Assembly: GCA_965279515.1 (NCBI GenBank)
Contig: CBDIID010000003.1
Coordinates: forward strand, 1,440,001 to 1,504,000
DNA length: 64,000 nucleotides
Direction of reading: 5' to 3'
Source of the DNA: Turneriella sp.
GTDB lineage: Bacteria > Spirochaetota > Leptospiria > Turneriellales > Turneriellaceae
Position 1 is the first letter of the stretch; every line of letters begins with the position of its first letter. The notes beneath the pieces were generated by a model that worked only from the letters and a program-made list of their open reading frames with translations, had not been told where the DNA came from and searched no databases. Positions 48,374 to 58,411 of this stretch are shown here, piece after piece. Position numbers and translations under genes: made by a program.

Positions 48374-48605
48374 CCAATTTCCTACCTCTAGCGCCTTTCA
48401 CCAAATACACGCGATGCTCTCGACGATCGCCTGCTTTACACTTGTTCTCCAAAAAATGATCGCACTGTCATTTTCTTTCAAGCCAAAATACGAAATCCGC
48501 TTTCCAGTTTAACAGCTCCCCTTACCGTTACGTAAGGCATCCGAATATTGGCGCGGCAGACGCACCAAGGGATATCTTAATTTAAAATGATCGCACTCTA
48601 TACAA

Positions 48606-48941
48606 ATGGAGGTACTTATGGAATTAGAAGCTTCTGCAAACAATAACACCGTCAGCGATCTGGTGATCCTCGAAATTATGGACACCGTCGAAGAAATTAT
48701 CGACACTCAGCCCGAGCGATCTTTCGCTTTCGGCCTGACAGGCGCAACCGAACACGTTGCGCCCGGCGTGACGCGCAAAATTTTGTACATTGGAAAATCC
48801 GCGATCGAAACACTGAAAGTGTTATCGAGCCTGCACCGCAGCTATAATATAAGAAAGAACTTTAAAAATCTCGGATTAAAAGATTTGGCAAAGATCGGCA
48901 CGCAGGGTGCGGCCGTCGCCCTGTACCTGATGTCCAATTAA
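48606..48941 (+). CDS. Hypothetical protein
   Basis: 111-aa ORF; GGAGG before the second ATG. Confidence 0.6.
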   Translation: MEVLMELEASANNNTVSDLVILEIMDTVEEIIDTQPERSFAFGLTGATEHVAPGVTRKILYIGKSAIETLKVLSSLHRSYNIRKNFKNLGLKDLAKIGTQGAAVALYLMSN

Positions 48942-48957
48942 TCGACGTCGTGGCGCG

Positions 48958-49905
48958 TCACGAAACGACGACCACGATATTCCCTTTTTTGTGCCTGCCC
49001 TCCGCATGGCGGTGCGCTTCGGCCATCTGTTCGAACGGATAGGTGCGATCGATAACAGCCTTGAGTTTACCAGCCGCGACCAGGCGGGCGATTTCTTCCA
49101 TGAGTTCAACAGTCTCCGAGGCGACCCCTGTGATCGTGCGATACCCCCGCGGCAACAGGCAGCGCAGCGTTTCGCCGACACCGGCGTCGCTCAAGAGCAA
49201 CGTGCCATGGGGTTTCAGCGCGGCGATTTTCGCGGCGAAGGGCGAATTCGAAACCGTTTCATAGATCACGTCAAAGGCGGATTTCCCCAGCGAAAAACCC
49301 GGCTTCGTATAATCAAGTACCTCGCGTGCACCGAGCGATTTTACCAGCGCCGCATTCGCTCCGCTACACACCGCCGTGACCTCGGCGCCGAGACTGCGCG
49401 CGTACTGCACCGCCGCCGTGCCGACAGCGCCGGACGCGCCGATGATGAGCACCCGCTGACCGGGCTGAATCTTCGCCTTGCGCAGAAAGTGCAGCGCGGT
49501 CAGCGCGCCGAAAGTAATCGCCGCCGCGTCCTGGTACGAAAGCTTTTCAGGCATGAGGGTAATTTTCGCTTTTTCGGGCAACGCGACATACTCCGCGTAG
49601 GCGCCGAAACGCATGAGCGTTGAGCCAAAGACACGGTCGCCGGCCTTAAAACGCGTCACCTGTGGCCCGACGGCAACGACCTCGCCTGCCACGGTGCCGC
49701 CCATGATCATCTTGCGCGGGCCAAAGAGACCGAAGAACAGGCGCACCGCAGCGGGGTCGGGTTTTCTGAGCCGCCAGTCCGCTGCGTTCACCGCGGTCGC
49801 ATGCACACGAATGAGAACTTCTTTTTCGCGCGGCTGAGGTGCAGGCACGTCTTCGAGTTTTAAGACTTCGGGCGGACCGTACTTTCTGGCGACAATGGCT
49901 TTCAT
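48958..49905 (-). CDS. NAD(P)-dependent MDR/quinone oxidoreductase-like dehydrogenase
   Basis: MKAIVARKYGPPEVL, VNAADW, GAYAEY, GASGAVG, GNIVV. Confidence 0.92.
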   Translation of the reverse strand: MKAIVARKYGPPEVLKLEDVPAPQPREKEVLIRVHATAVNAADWRLRKPDPAAVRLFFGLFGPRKMIMGGTVAGEVVAVGPQVTRFKAGDRVFGSTLMRFGAYAEYVALPEKAKITLMPEKLSYQDAAAITFGALTALHFLRKAKIQPGQRVLIIGASGAVGTAAVQYARSLGAEVTAVCSGANAALVKSLGAREVLDYTKPGFSLGKSAFDVIYETVSNSPFAAKIAALKPHGTLLLSDAGVGETLRCLLPRGYRTITGVASETVELMEEIARLVAAGKLKAVIDRTYPFEQMAEAHRHAEGRHKKGNIVVVVS

Positions 49906-50077
49906 ACGAAGCGGAGATTTCACAGAACGAGCGGGCGCGTCAACGCGGGTGGGCAAGAAAAGTTGAGTACTGATTTTGCCCCCGACACCAAGACCTCTTG
50001 AGGCAAGTTTTCCGGAATAGTATTGACCCGCTGAAATTGGAAGGATATTCAGAAATAGCGTAAAGGAGATTGTTTCA

Positions 50078-50551
50078 TTGTTCATCGCTGAAATCTGTAA
50101 ACTCTTCAAGACGCGGGATATCCCTTTCGCCATCGTGGGTGGTTACGCCGTCGCATTGCACGGTGTGGTCCGCGGCACCTTCGATGTAGATATAGTCACT
50201 GAAATCAGCGAAAAAAACTTCGTGAAAATCGAAGAAGCTGTAACCTTTCTGGGCTTGAAGCCACGCTTGCCGGTGAGCGCCCGCGACCTGTTCGCAAATT
50301 TAGAAGAATATAAAAAATCACGCAATCTGGTAGCATGGAATTTTAATAATCCGCTGCGCATGCGTGAGAGTCTTGACATCATCGTTACTGATGACATTAA
50401 ACAAATGGAAATTGTGGAAGTGAGCTCAGATTTTGGTAATATTCCGGTATTGAGTATAGACAGCCTCATCCACATGAAATCCCGCGCCAACCGTGAGCAA
50501 GATCAGAAAGATATTGCCGCTTTGAAAGCGCTGCAAGCGAAGCAACCATGA
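50078..50551 (+). CDS. Nucleotidyltransferase-like protein
   Basis: VGGYAVALHGVVRGTFDVDI (GG..DxD), LIHMK..ANREQDQKDI. Confidence 0.85.
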   Translation: MFIAEICKLFKTRDIPFAIVGGYAVALHGVVRGTFDVDIVTEISEKNFVKIEEAVTFLGLKPRLPVSARDLFANLEEYKKSRNLVAWNFNNPLRMRESLDIIVTDDIKQMEIVEVSSDFGNIPVLSIDSLIHMKSRANREQDQKDIAALKALQAKQP

Positions 50552-50727
50552 AAACAGTGCAGATCTTATCCGAAGAATATGTACAAAGATCCGCGCAGCT
50601 TTCCACGATGGAAAGACTTGAATTTCTGGAAGAATTCCGCCTGCTTTTACCGCTCTCCGTATTTGAAGAAGACCATACAAACCGCCTCGAAGCATGGTAT
50701 GGCGCGAATTCAGATAAAACACACTGA
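50548..50727 (+). CDS. 59-aa partner of the nucleotidyltransferase (below ORF-track cut-off)
   Basis: MKTVQILSEEYVQRSAQLSTMERLEFLEEFRLLL...; ATGA coupling. Confidence 0.7.
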   Translation: MKTVQILSEEYVQRSAQLSTMERLEFLEEFRLLLPLSVFEEDHTNRLEAWYGANSDKTH

Positions 50728-50735
50728 TTCACTAC

Positions 50736-51242
50736 ATGCACTTACCCCCACCCTCTGTTATCCTCCACACCGCCGGCCGCTACACCCTCTATCTCATCGG
50801 CCTTTTCATTCTCGCCGCCATCGTGAACTGGTTTCAGGCACCCAAGCTCGCCGCTGCTGAAAAGATCGAATCCATCGAACTCACCGCACTCGATGGCAAA
50901 CCGCATCAGCTGAAAACCGCCTCAGGTAAAAAAACCATCCTCTACTTCTTCGCGCCCTGGTGCACCGTCTGTAAGGTCAGCATGGATGCGCTCAATATGT
51001 TTGCGGGCAATGAAAATCTGCAGGCGGTCGCGGTTGGCCTTGATTACCAGAGCCTCGGCGAGCTGAAACCATTCACGAAGAAAATGCAGGCGCCCGTGTT
51101 CGCGGGCAACAGCGAAGTGCAAAGCCGGTTTAAGATCGATCGTTATCCCACTGTCTATATTCTCGACGGCGAGGGCCGCGTCGCGCACACAATGGTCGGC
51201 TACACCAGCCGACTGGGGATGTGGATCAGGACGAAAATTTAG
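50736..51242 (+). CDS. TlpA-like thioredoxin
   Basis: FAPWCTVC, YPTVYILD. Confidence 0.88.
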   Translation: MHLPPPSVILHTAGRYTLYLIGLFILAAIVNWFQAPKLAAAEKIESIELTALDGKPHQLKTASGKKTILYFFAPWCTVCKVSMDALNMFAGNENLQAVAVGLDYQSLGELKPFTKKMQAPVFAGNSEVQSRFKIDRYPTVYILDGEGRVAHTMVGYTSRLGMWIRTKI

Positions 51243-51670
51243 CCTAAGGGGTTCTCAGATTTTAGTGGCGCGAACCGGCTGAAATCGCGGTCGAGCGTAT
51301 AGATGATCTTCACGCCGTTTTCAATGCAGACCGAGGCAACGCGGGCATCATGTACCTGCGCACCGATAACGCGGCTCTTCACAAGAATACCAGCGAGACC
51401 AGAAAAACTGTCGCTGGATTCTGTGAGCACCGTAAGTGCGGGTGCCTGCAAAAGATTTTCACATTGTTTTACTGCTTCTTCACCCGATGTGGGGGACTTG
51501 AAAATACGTGGGTTTGTCACAATACCGAAAAATTCAACGAGACAGTGGTAGGGGATTCCAATACTCTGCGAACCCTGCAGCGTCGTTTCGAGAAATTTCC
51601 GCGCCTTTTCGTGCCATGCGACATCCCTGCGGTGCGCGTAGACAAGAATATTGGTATCGATTGCGTTCAC
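51239..51670 (-). CDS. vapC: VapC PIN-domain toxin
   Basis: IDTNILVYAH, VTNPRIF, VHDARVA, TLDRDF. Confidence 0.92.
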   Translation of the reverse strand: MNAIDTNILVYAHRRDVAWHEKARKFLETTLQGSQSIGIPYHCLVEFFGIVTNPRIFKSPTSGEEAVKQCENLLQAPALTVLTESSDSFSGLAGILVKSRVIGAQVHDARVASVCIENGVKIIYTLDRDFSRFAPLKSENPLG

Positions 51671-51906
51671 TTGGTTTCGTAGAGGGCATCACGAATTTTC
51701 GACCAATTGCCCTCGAACTCCGCCGAAACATAACCTCCTTTGCCCGCGGGTTCGACACGCCATTCAGTTTTCTTCACGTGCGCATCCGCAGCGATGTATT
51801 CACGCAAGGCATCTTCCATAAGTCGTGTCATACTGGTGCCTTTTTTGCGCGCGAATGATTTGGCCTTTTGCATCAGCGGATCGGGCAGAATCATCGTTGT
51901 CTTCAT
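51667..51906 (-). CDS. vapB: VapB/RHH antitoxin
   Basis: MKTTMILPDPLMQKAK...SMTRLMEDALR. Confidence 0.85.
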   Translation of the reverse strand: MKTTMILPDPLMQKAKSFARKKGTSMTRLMEDALREYIAADAHVKKTEWRVEPAGKGGYVSAEFEGNWSKIRDALYETK

Positions 51907-51912
51907 ACCTGC

Positions 51913-51941
51913 AATATACCAAACACCATATAATATGGCAA
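51913..51941 (-). promoter_or_regulatory. Sigma70 promoter of vapBC with palindromic operator, leaderless
   Basis: Minus strand TTGCCA-17-TATATT-6-ATG; CCATAT-A-ATATGG at 51926-38. Confidence 0.65.
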
Positions 51942-51973
51942 TTATTCTTTCGATTGAAAAAATAACGCTAAGC

Positions 51974-51999
51974 TGTCACAAAAAATCCCATCTCTCGTC
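51974..51999 (+). promoter_or_regulatory. ECF41-type promoter
   Basis: TGTCACA-15-CGTC upstream of oxidoreductase-sigJ operon. Confidence 0.75.
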
Positions 52000-52007
52000 A
52001 GGTAAGT

Positions 52008-53174
52008 ATGAAGACACAAAAAGTAGTCATTCTGGGCGGCGGCTATGCCGGGGTCAATGCGGCGCTGCGGCTGCGCGTGCGCGATAAAACGGCGCAGATC
52101 ACGCTGGTGAACGAGCGCACCGAATTCGTCGAACGCATACGCAACCACCAAAGCGCGGCCGGGCAGAACCTGGCGCGGCGGCCGATGGTTGAGGTGTTGG
52201 GCCGCAGTATCACCTTTATCGCCGGCCGCGCCGAGAAGATCGATAGTGTGGCAAAGCATGTGCTCGTAAAGACTGCCGCTGGTAAAACACCGATTGCCTA
52301 TGATCTTCTGATCTATGCGCTGGGTAGCGGTGCGGCGACGGACCATCAGGGCTTTGCCAGCATCAACACGCGTGAAGATGCAGAAAGGCTCAGGGCGGAT
52401 TTATCGCTGCGGAAAAATGCGGCTGCGGTCATTGTGGGTGCGGGCCTGACGGGGCTCGAGCTGGCTACCGAACTGCGCGAGGCAAGCGCGGAAAGGCGTA
52501 TCACGATCATGGATTTTAAAAAGCCGGGAAGCCGGCTCAGCGAAAAAGCGCGGGATTACCTGAATCAAACCCTGGCAGACATGAAAATCGGTTTTGAGAA
52601 ACTGGAACAGGATCCCTTTGCGGATAACGAATTCAGCGCAAGACTCGCGCGCGCCAACACGATCGCCGTCGACTGCACGGGTTTTGTATCTCCTGATCTG
52701 GCACGCCGCTCAGGCCTTCGCTGCGATGCGAAGAATCGTGTGCTGGTGAACGAGCATCTGCAGGCGCTGGATCACCCGGATATTCTTGTAGCGGGTGACG
52801 CGACGGCTTATGGCTTTGGCGTAAACCAGCTCACCTATGCGGGATGCGCAACGGCGAGTCCCATGGGCACGTATGCCGGCGAGGCGGCGGCGAAAATTCT
52901 TGCGGGAGAAAATCCGCCGGAGTTTCTGTACGGTTTCACCTTCCAGTGTATCAGCCTCGGCCGCCATAAGGGGATTATCCAGTTTCTCGACAAAAGAACC
53001 GGTGCTGCGACCGGGCGCTCGCTGACGGGGAAATCTGCCGCTGTCTTCAAGGAACTCATCTGCAAGATGACGGTGACGCTGCCGCGCTGGGAACGCAAAA
53101 CGCGCTGGCCGTTTTACACGTGGCGCAAGACACGGTTTTTGAAAAAAATCGGGGCGATGGCGAAGGCAGCGTAG
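52008..53174 (+). CDS. NAD(P)/FAD-dependent oxidoreductase
   Basis: GGGYAG, GAGLTGLELATE, VAGD, QCISLGR. Confidence 0.9.
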   Translation: MKTQKVVILGGGYAGVNAALRLRVRDKTAQITLVNERTEFVERIRNHQSAAGQNLARRPMVEVLGRSITFIAGRAEKIDSVAKHVLVKTAAGKTPIAYDLLIYALGSGAATDHQGFASINTREDAERLRADLSLRKNAAAVIVGAGLTGLELATELREASAERRITIMDFKKPGSRLSEKARDYLNQTLADMKIGFEKLEQDPFADNEFSARLARANTIAVDCTGFVSPDLARRSGLRCDAKNRVLVNEHLQALDHPDILVAGDATAYGFGVNQLTYAGCATASPMGTYAGEAAAKILAGENPPEFLYGFTFQCISLGRHKGIIQFLDKRTGAATGRSLTGKSAAVFKELICKMTVTLPRWERKTRWPFYTWRKTRFLKKIGAMAKAA

Positions 53175-54169
53175 TGCAGATTCAAAGCGAGACAATAGCC
53201 GCAGATCATCTGCAGCTCTACGAGGCGGCGCGACCCCGCCTGTTTTCGCTCGCCTACCGCATGACGGGCAGCTGGTCTGACAGCGAAGATATTCTGCAAG
53301 ATGCCTATCTCAAATTCGCGCGGGTGCCGGTCGGGAAAATCGGCTCTGCGGCCGCGCTGCTCACGACGATTGTCACGCGTCTCTGCCTTGATCTTCTGCG
53401 CAGCTCGCGTAAAAAACGCGAAACCTATGTCGGGCCGTGGCTGCCCGAACCCGTGCCCGATCTCTACCTCGCGCATGAAGAGGCAGCGGACAAAGAGACT
53501 GTTTCGATGGCATTTCTTACCGTGCTGCAAAGACTCTCGCCCGTCGAACGCGCGGTGTTTCTGCTGCGCGAAGTTTTCGACTACGACTATGCCGAAATCG
53601 CGAAGATTACGGAGAAGAGCGGCGACTACTGCCGGCAGATTTTTCACCGCGCGAAAAAGAGCCTGCGCGACGAAGCGAACCGCCGGCCGTTGCCGCCCGA
53701 GAAAGAGCGCGAGCTGTTGGCGGCGTTTCTCACGGCCTGCAACAGCCCCGATATGAACGACCTGCTGCGTCTTCTTAAAGAAGACATGCTCTATCTTTCT
53801 GATGCGGGTGGCAAGGTGCCGGCGTCGAAGATACCGATCCGCGGGGCGCGCCGCGTTGCAAAATTTACATTTGTTGTGCGCAATAAGACGCGCGCCGACC
53901 GTTTTTATGTAGCCTACGCGGGCGGTGCGCTTGTCTTCGTCGGTTATACCGGTGACGCGCCGAATTTTGTGCAATATATCGATGCGCGCAACGGCCAGGT
54001 TGAAAAAATTTTCACGGTGCTGAATCCCGACAAGCTTCGGGCATGGGCCAACCGGGGGGATTTACTGCGTCAGGGCGTGCTTATGCCCGCGGCAAAATTT
54101 CTTTCGATTCCGCAGAGATTCAGGCTCAGCTGGAACATTCTGCAACGAAAGCTTACCGGCAAGGTTTAA
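53174..54169 (+). CDS. sigJ: ECF41-group sigma factor (SigJ-like)
   Basis: AYRMTGS, YVGPWLPEP, SDAGGK, NPDKL; GTG overlaps upstream TAG. Confidence 0.9.
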   Translation: MQIQSETIAADHLQLYEAARPRLFSLAYRMTGSWSDSEDILQDAYLKFARVPVGKIGSAAALLTTIVTRLCLDLLRSSRKKRETYVGPWLPEPVPDLYLAHEEAADKETVSMAFLTVLQRLSPVERAVFLLREVFDYDYAEIAKITEKSGDYCRQIFHRAKKSLRDEANRRPLPPEKERELLAAFLTACNSPDMNDLLRLLKEDMLYLSDAGGKVPASKIPIRGARRVAKFTFVVRNKTRADRFYVAYAGGALVFVGYTGDAPNFVQYIDARNGQVEKIFTVLNPDKLRAWANRGDLLRQGVLMPAAKFLSIPQRFRLSWNILQRKLTGKV

Positions 54170-54627
54170 CCGCGGGCGGCGGTTTCGCAATGCGCTTTGA
54201 GAAATTCATTGCGCTGCAAGAGGAAATCCCTCATGTGCTTTTTCAGTAATAGAACATCGAAGATCGCCCCGAACACCCCGAATGGTGCTTCGTACATAAA
54301 CCGATCTTTCATCAGGGTGCCGCCCCGCACGGCTTCAAAATAGTGCTCATGCCGCATCGACTGAAAAGCGCCGCGCGTCATCTCATCGGCAAAAAAATGC
54401 GGAAAATTCAACTCGGTGATCTTTACCGATAGCCTCTGCCTGACACCGAAGTGCCGGGCCTCCCAGGTAATTTCTTCACCTAACTCAAAGAGCCCCGATG
54501 TTCGCCCCACGACAACACACTCGCCGGTACCGGCGGCGGAACCGAGATGCAGGCCAACGTCGCGCGAGGCATCGAAGCAGATGGCAACAGGGGCGGCAAT
54601 GAATGTCTCCAAAAGAATCTCTGGCAT
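54166..54627 (-). CDS. SRPBCC family protein
   Basis: ITWEARHFGVRQRL, FADEMTRGAFQSMRHEH, GTLMKD. Confidence 0.88.
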   Translation of the reverse strand: MPEILLETFIAAPVAICFDASRDVGLHLGSAAGTGECVVVGRTSGLFELGEEITWEARHFGVRQRLSVKITELNFPHFFADEMTRGAFQSMRHEHYFEAVRGGTLMKDRFMYEAPFGVFGAIFDVLLLKKHMRDFLLQRNEFLKAHCETAARG

Positions 54628-54786
54628 CGCTGGCATAAGCATTTCAATACGCTTACTGCGTAAAGCCGGAGGCAAATTGCCTTCAAATGCCTTAAAAGAA
54701 TTATGGATATAGTAATCCATAAAATGGTTGCCAAAGTGAGAATCCTGGGCAACGTTGTCCCCGGCTGGTATACCCGCCCAACGCAC

Positions 54787-57588
54787 ATGACTACTGAATT
54801 AACGCAGAATGCCCCGGCGCTACTGGCGCTTATTGACAATGCCATGGACGCGATTGTCTCCGTAGATGAACAATTTAATGTTATTCTCTTCAACAGGGCG
54901 GCCGAAACGATGTTCGGCTATACAGCAGAAGAAATGCTGGGTCAATCCCTCAACCGTCTGATCCCCCTCAGGTTTCGGGCCCATCATGCGCAGCAGATAA
55001 ACACATTCGGCCGTACCGGTGAAACCCGCCGTATCATGGGAAAGCTCGGCGTTATTACAGGATTGTATGCCGACGGCACAGAAATACCTCTCGAAGCGGC
55101 CATTTCACGCCACAATGACGGCGCCCGAAAAATATATTCTGTGATTCTCCGCAATACCTCAGAGTGGCTGCGCATTGAAAAAGCACTGCAGGCTCAGAAA
55201 GATCTCTATGCCATGCTTTCGCTAACGAGTCACGCAATTTCTCAAGGTAAAGATAAAGAATCACTTTTCGAAGATATTTGCCGCATCGCAGTCGAGTGTG
55301 GCCATTTCCGCTTTGCCTGGGTGGGTTGGCTGAATGCGGATGAAGATTCCTTTGCACCAGTTAAAATCCATGGCGATGATTCTGGTACGGTCATGGAGCA
55401 ATTCCGGTTTCCGCGGGAACAGCGGAACCAGTTCCACGCGCTGCGCATGGAACTTCTTGAAAAAGACGGGCAGATCATCATGAACAATCTCGCGGACAAA
55501 ACCACAGGTACTGCCTGGCAGGCACTGGCAGAAAAAGCGGGCGTTCAGTCCGCCGCCTTTTTCCCGATCAGGGAAGAAGGCAAGATACAGGGCATAATCG
55601 CCATGTACTCTGCCGAAGCAGACTATTTCACAGAGATGCTGATACCCACGCTGCAAACCATCGCCGGCGATTTATCCGTGGGCCTCGATAATCTCGCAAA
55701 AGCCAACAGGCTTCTACGCACGATTCAGGCAAACCAACTTCTCGCAGAAATTGTGCGTGGTATGGATGAGGCCTGCTTCGCGCTCGATAAAGACTGGCGC
55801 TTCACGTTTGTCAACGACCGGGGCCTGACACTGCTGAGACACAGCCGTGAAGAAATGATCGGGAATTCTATCTGGGATGTTTTTTAATAGCTCAGGGGTA
55901 CGCCGATGGAAAAAAATTACCATCGAGCGATGGCTGAGCGGGTTTCCCTAACCTTTGAGGCGTTCTCGCCGATCGCGGAGCGCTGGCTCGACATACGCCT
56001 TTTTCCCTCGGGCAATGGACTCGCGGCCTTTCTCATGGATATTTCCGCACGCAAGCAGAGTGAAGCCAAACTGGCGCACAGTGAAGAGCAATTCAGACAG
56101 GTTGTCGAAAATATCGAAGAGGTATTCTGGGCAATTGACCCGGAAAAAAATGAGATTACCTACATCAGTCCGGCTTATGACAGAGTCTGGGGGCGGCCGG
56201 GAAAAACCCTGCTCTTAGACAGATTTAGCTGGCTCGAGGCGGTACATCCTGATGACAAAGAAAAAGTTCGAAAAGCCTTACCGGGACAGAAAGAAGGGAA
56301 ATATAATCTGGAATACCGGATTCTAAGACCCGACGGAGCCGAACGCTGGATTCTTGCCCGCGCCTTTCCCGTTTTCGACGAGCAGGGTTCGCTGCAACGC
56401 ATCGTTGGCGTCGCCGAAGACATCACGAGCCGAAAACAACTCGAACTGCAGATGCGCCAGGCGCAGAAAATGGAAGCGATCGGCCAGCTCTCGGCCGGGG
56501 TGGCACACGACTTCAATAATCTGCTAACGGTGATCCAGGGAAATAGCTCACTCATAGCCGATGAAAAGGATCCAGACCAGATAAAGCTATTTACCAGCGA
56601 AATCACAGAAGCCACAACCAGAGCGGCGAGCCTGACGCGCCAACTTCTGCTGTTTGGCCGCAAGCAGGCACTGCAACTGGGCGAGCTCGACTTAAACGGC
56701 ATTATCCGGGAAACCGGGACCATGCTGAAACGCATCGTCGGCGAAGACATTGACGTGCGCTTTCAAACTCCGGCGGAACCTATGTTCGTACGCGCAGACA
56801 GCGGCATGATGAACCAGATTCTTGTGAATCTCGCGGTCAATAGCAGGGATGCAATGCCCAAAGGCGGCCAGTTACTCATTGATGTCTCAATCAGCCATTT
56901 TGACGAAGCTAAGGCACAGGCAACAACCGGTGCAAAGCCAGGCATCTTTGCCTGCATTGCGGTGACCGATACCGGTACGGGAATTCCGGAAGAAGCACTC
57001 ACGCATATTTTCGAACCGTTCTTTACCACAAAGGATGTCGGCCGGGGTACAGGCCTCGGCCTTGCGACGGTATTTGGTATCACACAACAACACGGCGGCT
57101 GGATTAACGTCTTCAGCGAAATCGGCAAAGGCACGACCTTCAGGGTTTATTTGCCCGCCATCCAGCACGCAGTCATTCCCGACAGCTCAACTCCTGAAAA
57201 AGCCATCTCTGGTGGTCACGAAACAATTCTCCTGGTCGAAGATGAAGCCCCGGTACGCAAGATGGTCAGGACACTGCTAAACAGCCTGGGGTACCGTATC
57301 TTCGAAGCAGCTACGGGTAAGGCGGCGCTTGCCGTCTGGAAAGAACAGGCCGGTAAAATTGATATGCTGATGAGCGACGTGGTCATGCCCGATGGCATGA
57401 ACGGCATCGAACTATCGCACAAACTTCTCGAATCTGCGCCTGGATTAAAAATCCTGCTGACCAGCGGCTACAGCGCCGACCTCATCAGCAACGAAGAGAA
57501 TGCCGGGCAAGGACTCAACTTCATTTCGAAGCCCTATGATTTAAGGGCGCTGGCTGAGGCCGTCAGAAACTGCCTCGATCGGAAATAG
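54787..57588 (+). pseudogene. PAS-GAF-PAS-PAS hybrid histidine kinase interrupted by in-frame TAA TAG
   Basis: ORFs 54703..55887 and 55906..57588 share a frame; stops at 55885-90 lie inside a PAS domain; AHDFNN, G boxes and REC in the second part. Confidence 0.75.
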
Positions 57589-57879
57589 AATCATTTTCAC
57601 TTTTCAAAACGTTTTTTGAGCAGGTTTTCGAACTGCGCGGAAACCGAGCAGGAAAAACAGGAAATCAAGACCTTTATCGGTCAGGAAATACAGCACGGCC
57701 GCTTCGATACCTTTTCTTCAGAATCGCTGAGGCGCCTCGCGACCTGGCATTCACTCGAAGAACTCGAGCACAAGCATGTGGCTTTCGACATGCCGAACGC
57801 CCAGGAAAAAAACGTCGACTGGGCAAAACGACTCGAAAGTGCGCGGCAGTACCTCGAAGCTAACGCGCCGGCGGCGTAA
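57589..57879 (+). pseudogene. Internally deleted metal-dependent hydrolase remnant
   Basis: FIGQEIQHG lies only ~14 aa from WHSLEELEHKHVAFD. Confidence 0.6.
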
Positions 57880-58411
57880 GAAATTCTGTTAGCGCCGCAC
57901 GCAGCGGTGCTAGCTTTTTGTCCGCCTGCATTTCATGCAGCGCCGCCTCGGCCGCCATCGCGACAAAGAGTGCCGCGGCGGCGGCAGGGTTTTTCCATGC
58001 CATCGCCCGGAAATCCTCCGCGACGACCTTGGAAAAACTGGTATTGCGGTTCAGCACTTCTTCCCGGAGCGCTGGTTCGCTGCGCGCTTCGAACAGCATG
58101 GCTTTGACGCCGCCCTTCGCGAGACAGCCGTCGAGGTAGACCATCGTGCCGGCGATCAGGCGATCGCGGCCCGGGGCCATCGCGGAGATTTTTTCGAGAA
58201 TGCCCGCGCGCAAAGAATCATGAAACTCGCGGTGGATGCCCAGCAGAAAAGCCGCGCGGTCTTTGAAATGCAGGTAGAATGTACCCTTAGCGACGCCGGC
58301 CTCAGCCACCACATCGTCGACGCGCATTTCAGACATGCCCTTTTTTTCAAAAACGCGGATGCCCGCCGCGACGAGCGCCCGTTTCGTGTCCGCCGCGTCG
58401 TGCCTCTTCAT
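57860..58411 (-). CDS. TetR/AcrR family regulator
   Basis: RVDDVVAEAGVAKGTFYLHFKDR. Confidence 0.92.
   Translation of the reverse strand: MKRHDAADTKRALVAAGIRVFEKKGMSEMRVDDVVAEAGVAKGTFYLHFKDRAAFLLGIHREFHDSLRAGILEKISAMAPGRDRLIAGTMVYLDGCLAKGGVKAMLFEARSEPALREEVLNRNTSFSKVVAEDFRAMAWKNPAAAAALFVAMAAEAALHEMQADKKLAPLRAALTEFLTPPAR

Noticed and set aside
48453..48597. 14-bp direct repeat AAAATGATCGCACT (48453-66, 48584-97)
   Set aside because: The match is real but short, with no associated element or regulator to interpret it.
50579..50860. 93-aa ORF from the track
   Set aside because: Overlaps the thioredoxin gene; the ATGA-coupled 59-aa frame at 50548 is the better candidate.
55885..55890. Genome-wide stop-codon reassignment
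   Set aside because: TAA and TAG terminate many well-conserved genes in this window (lpdA, serS, fbaB).
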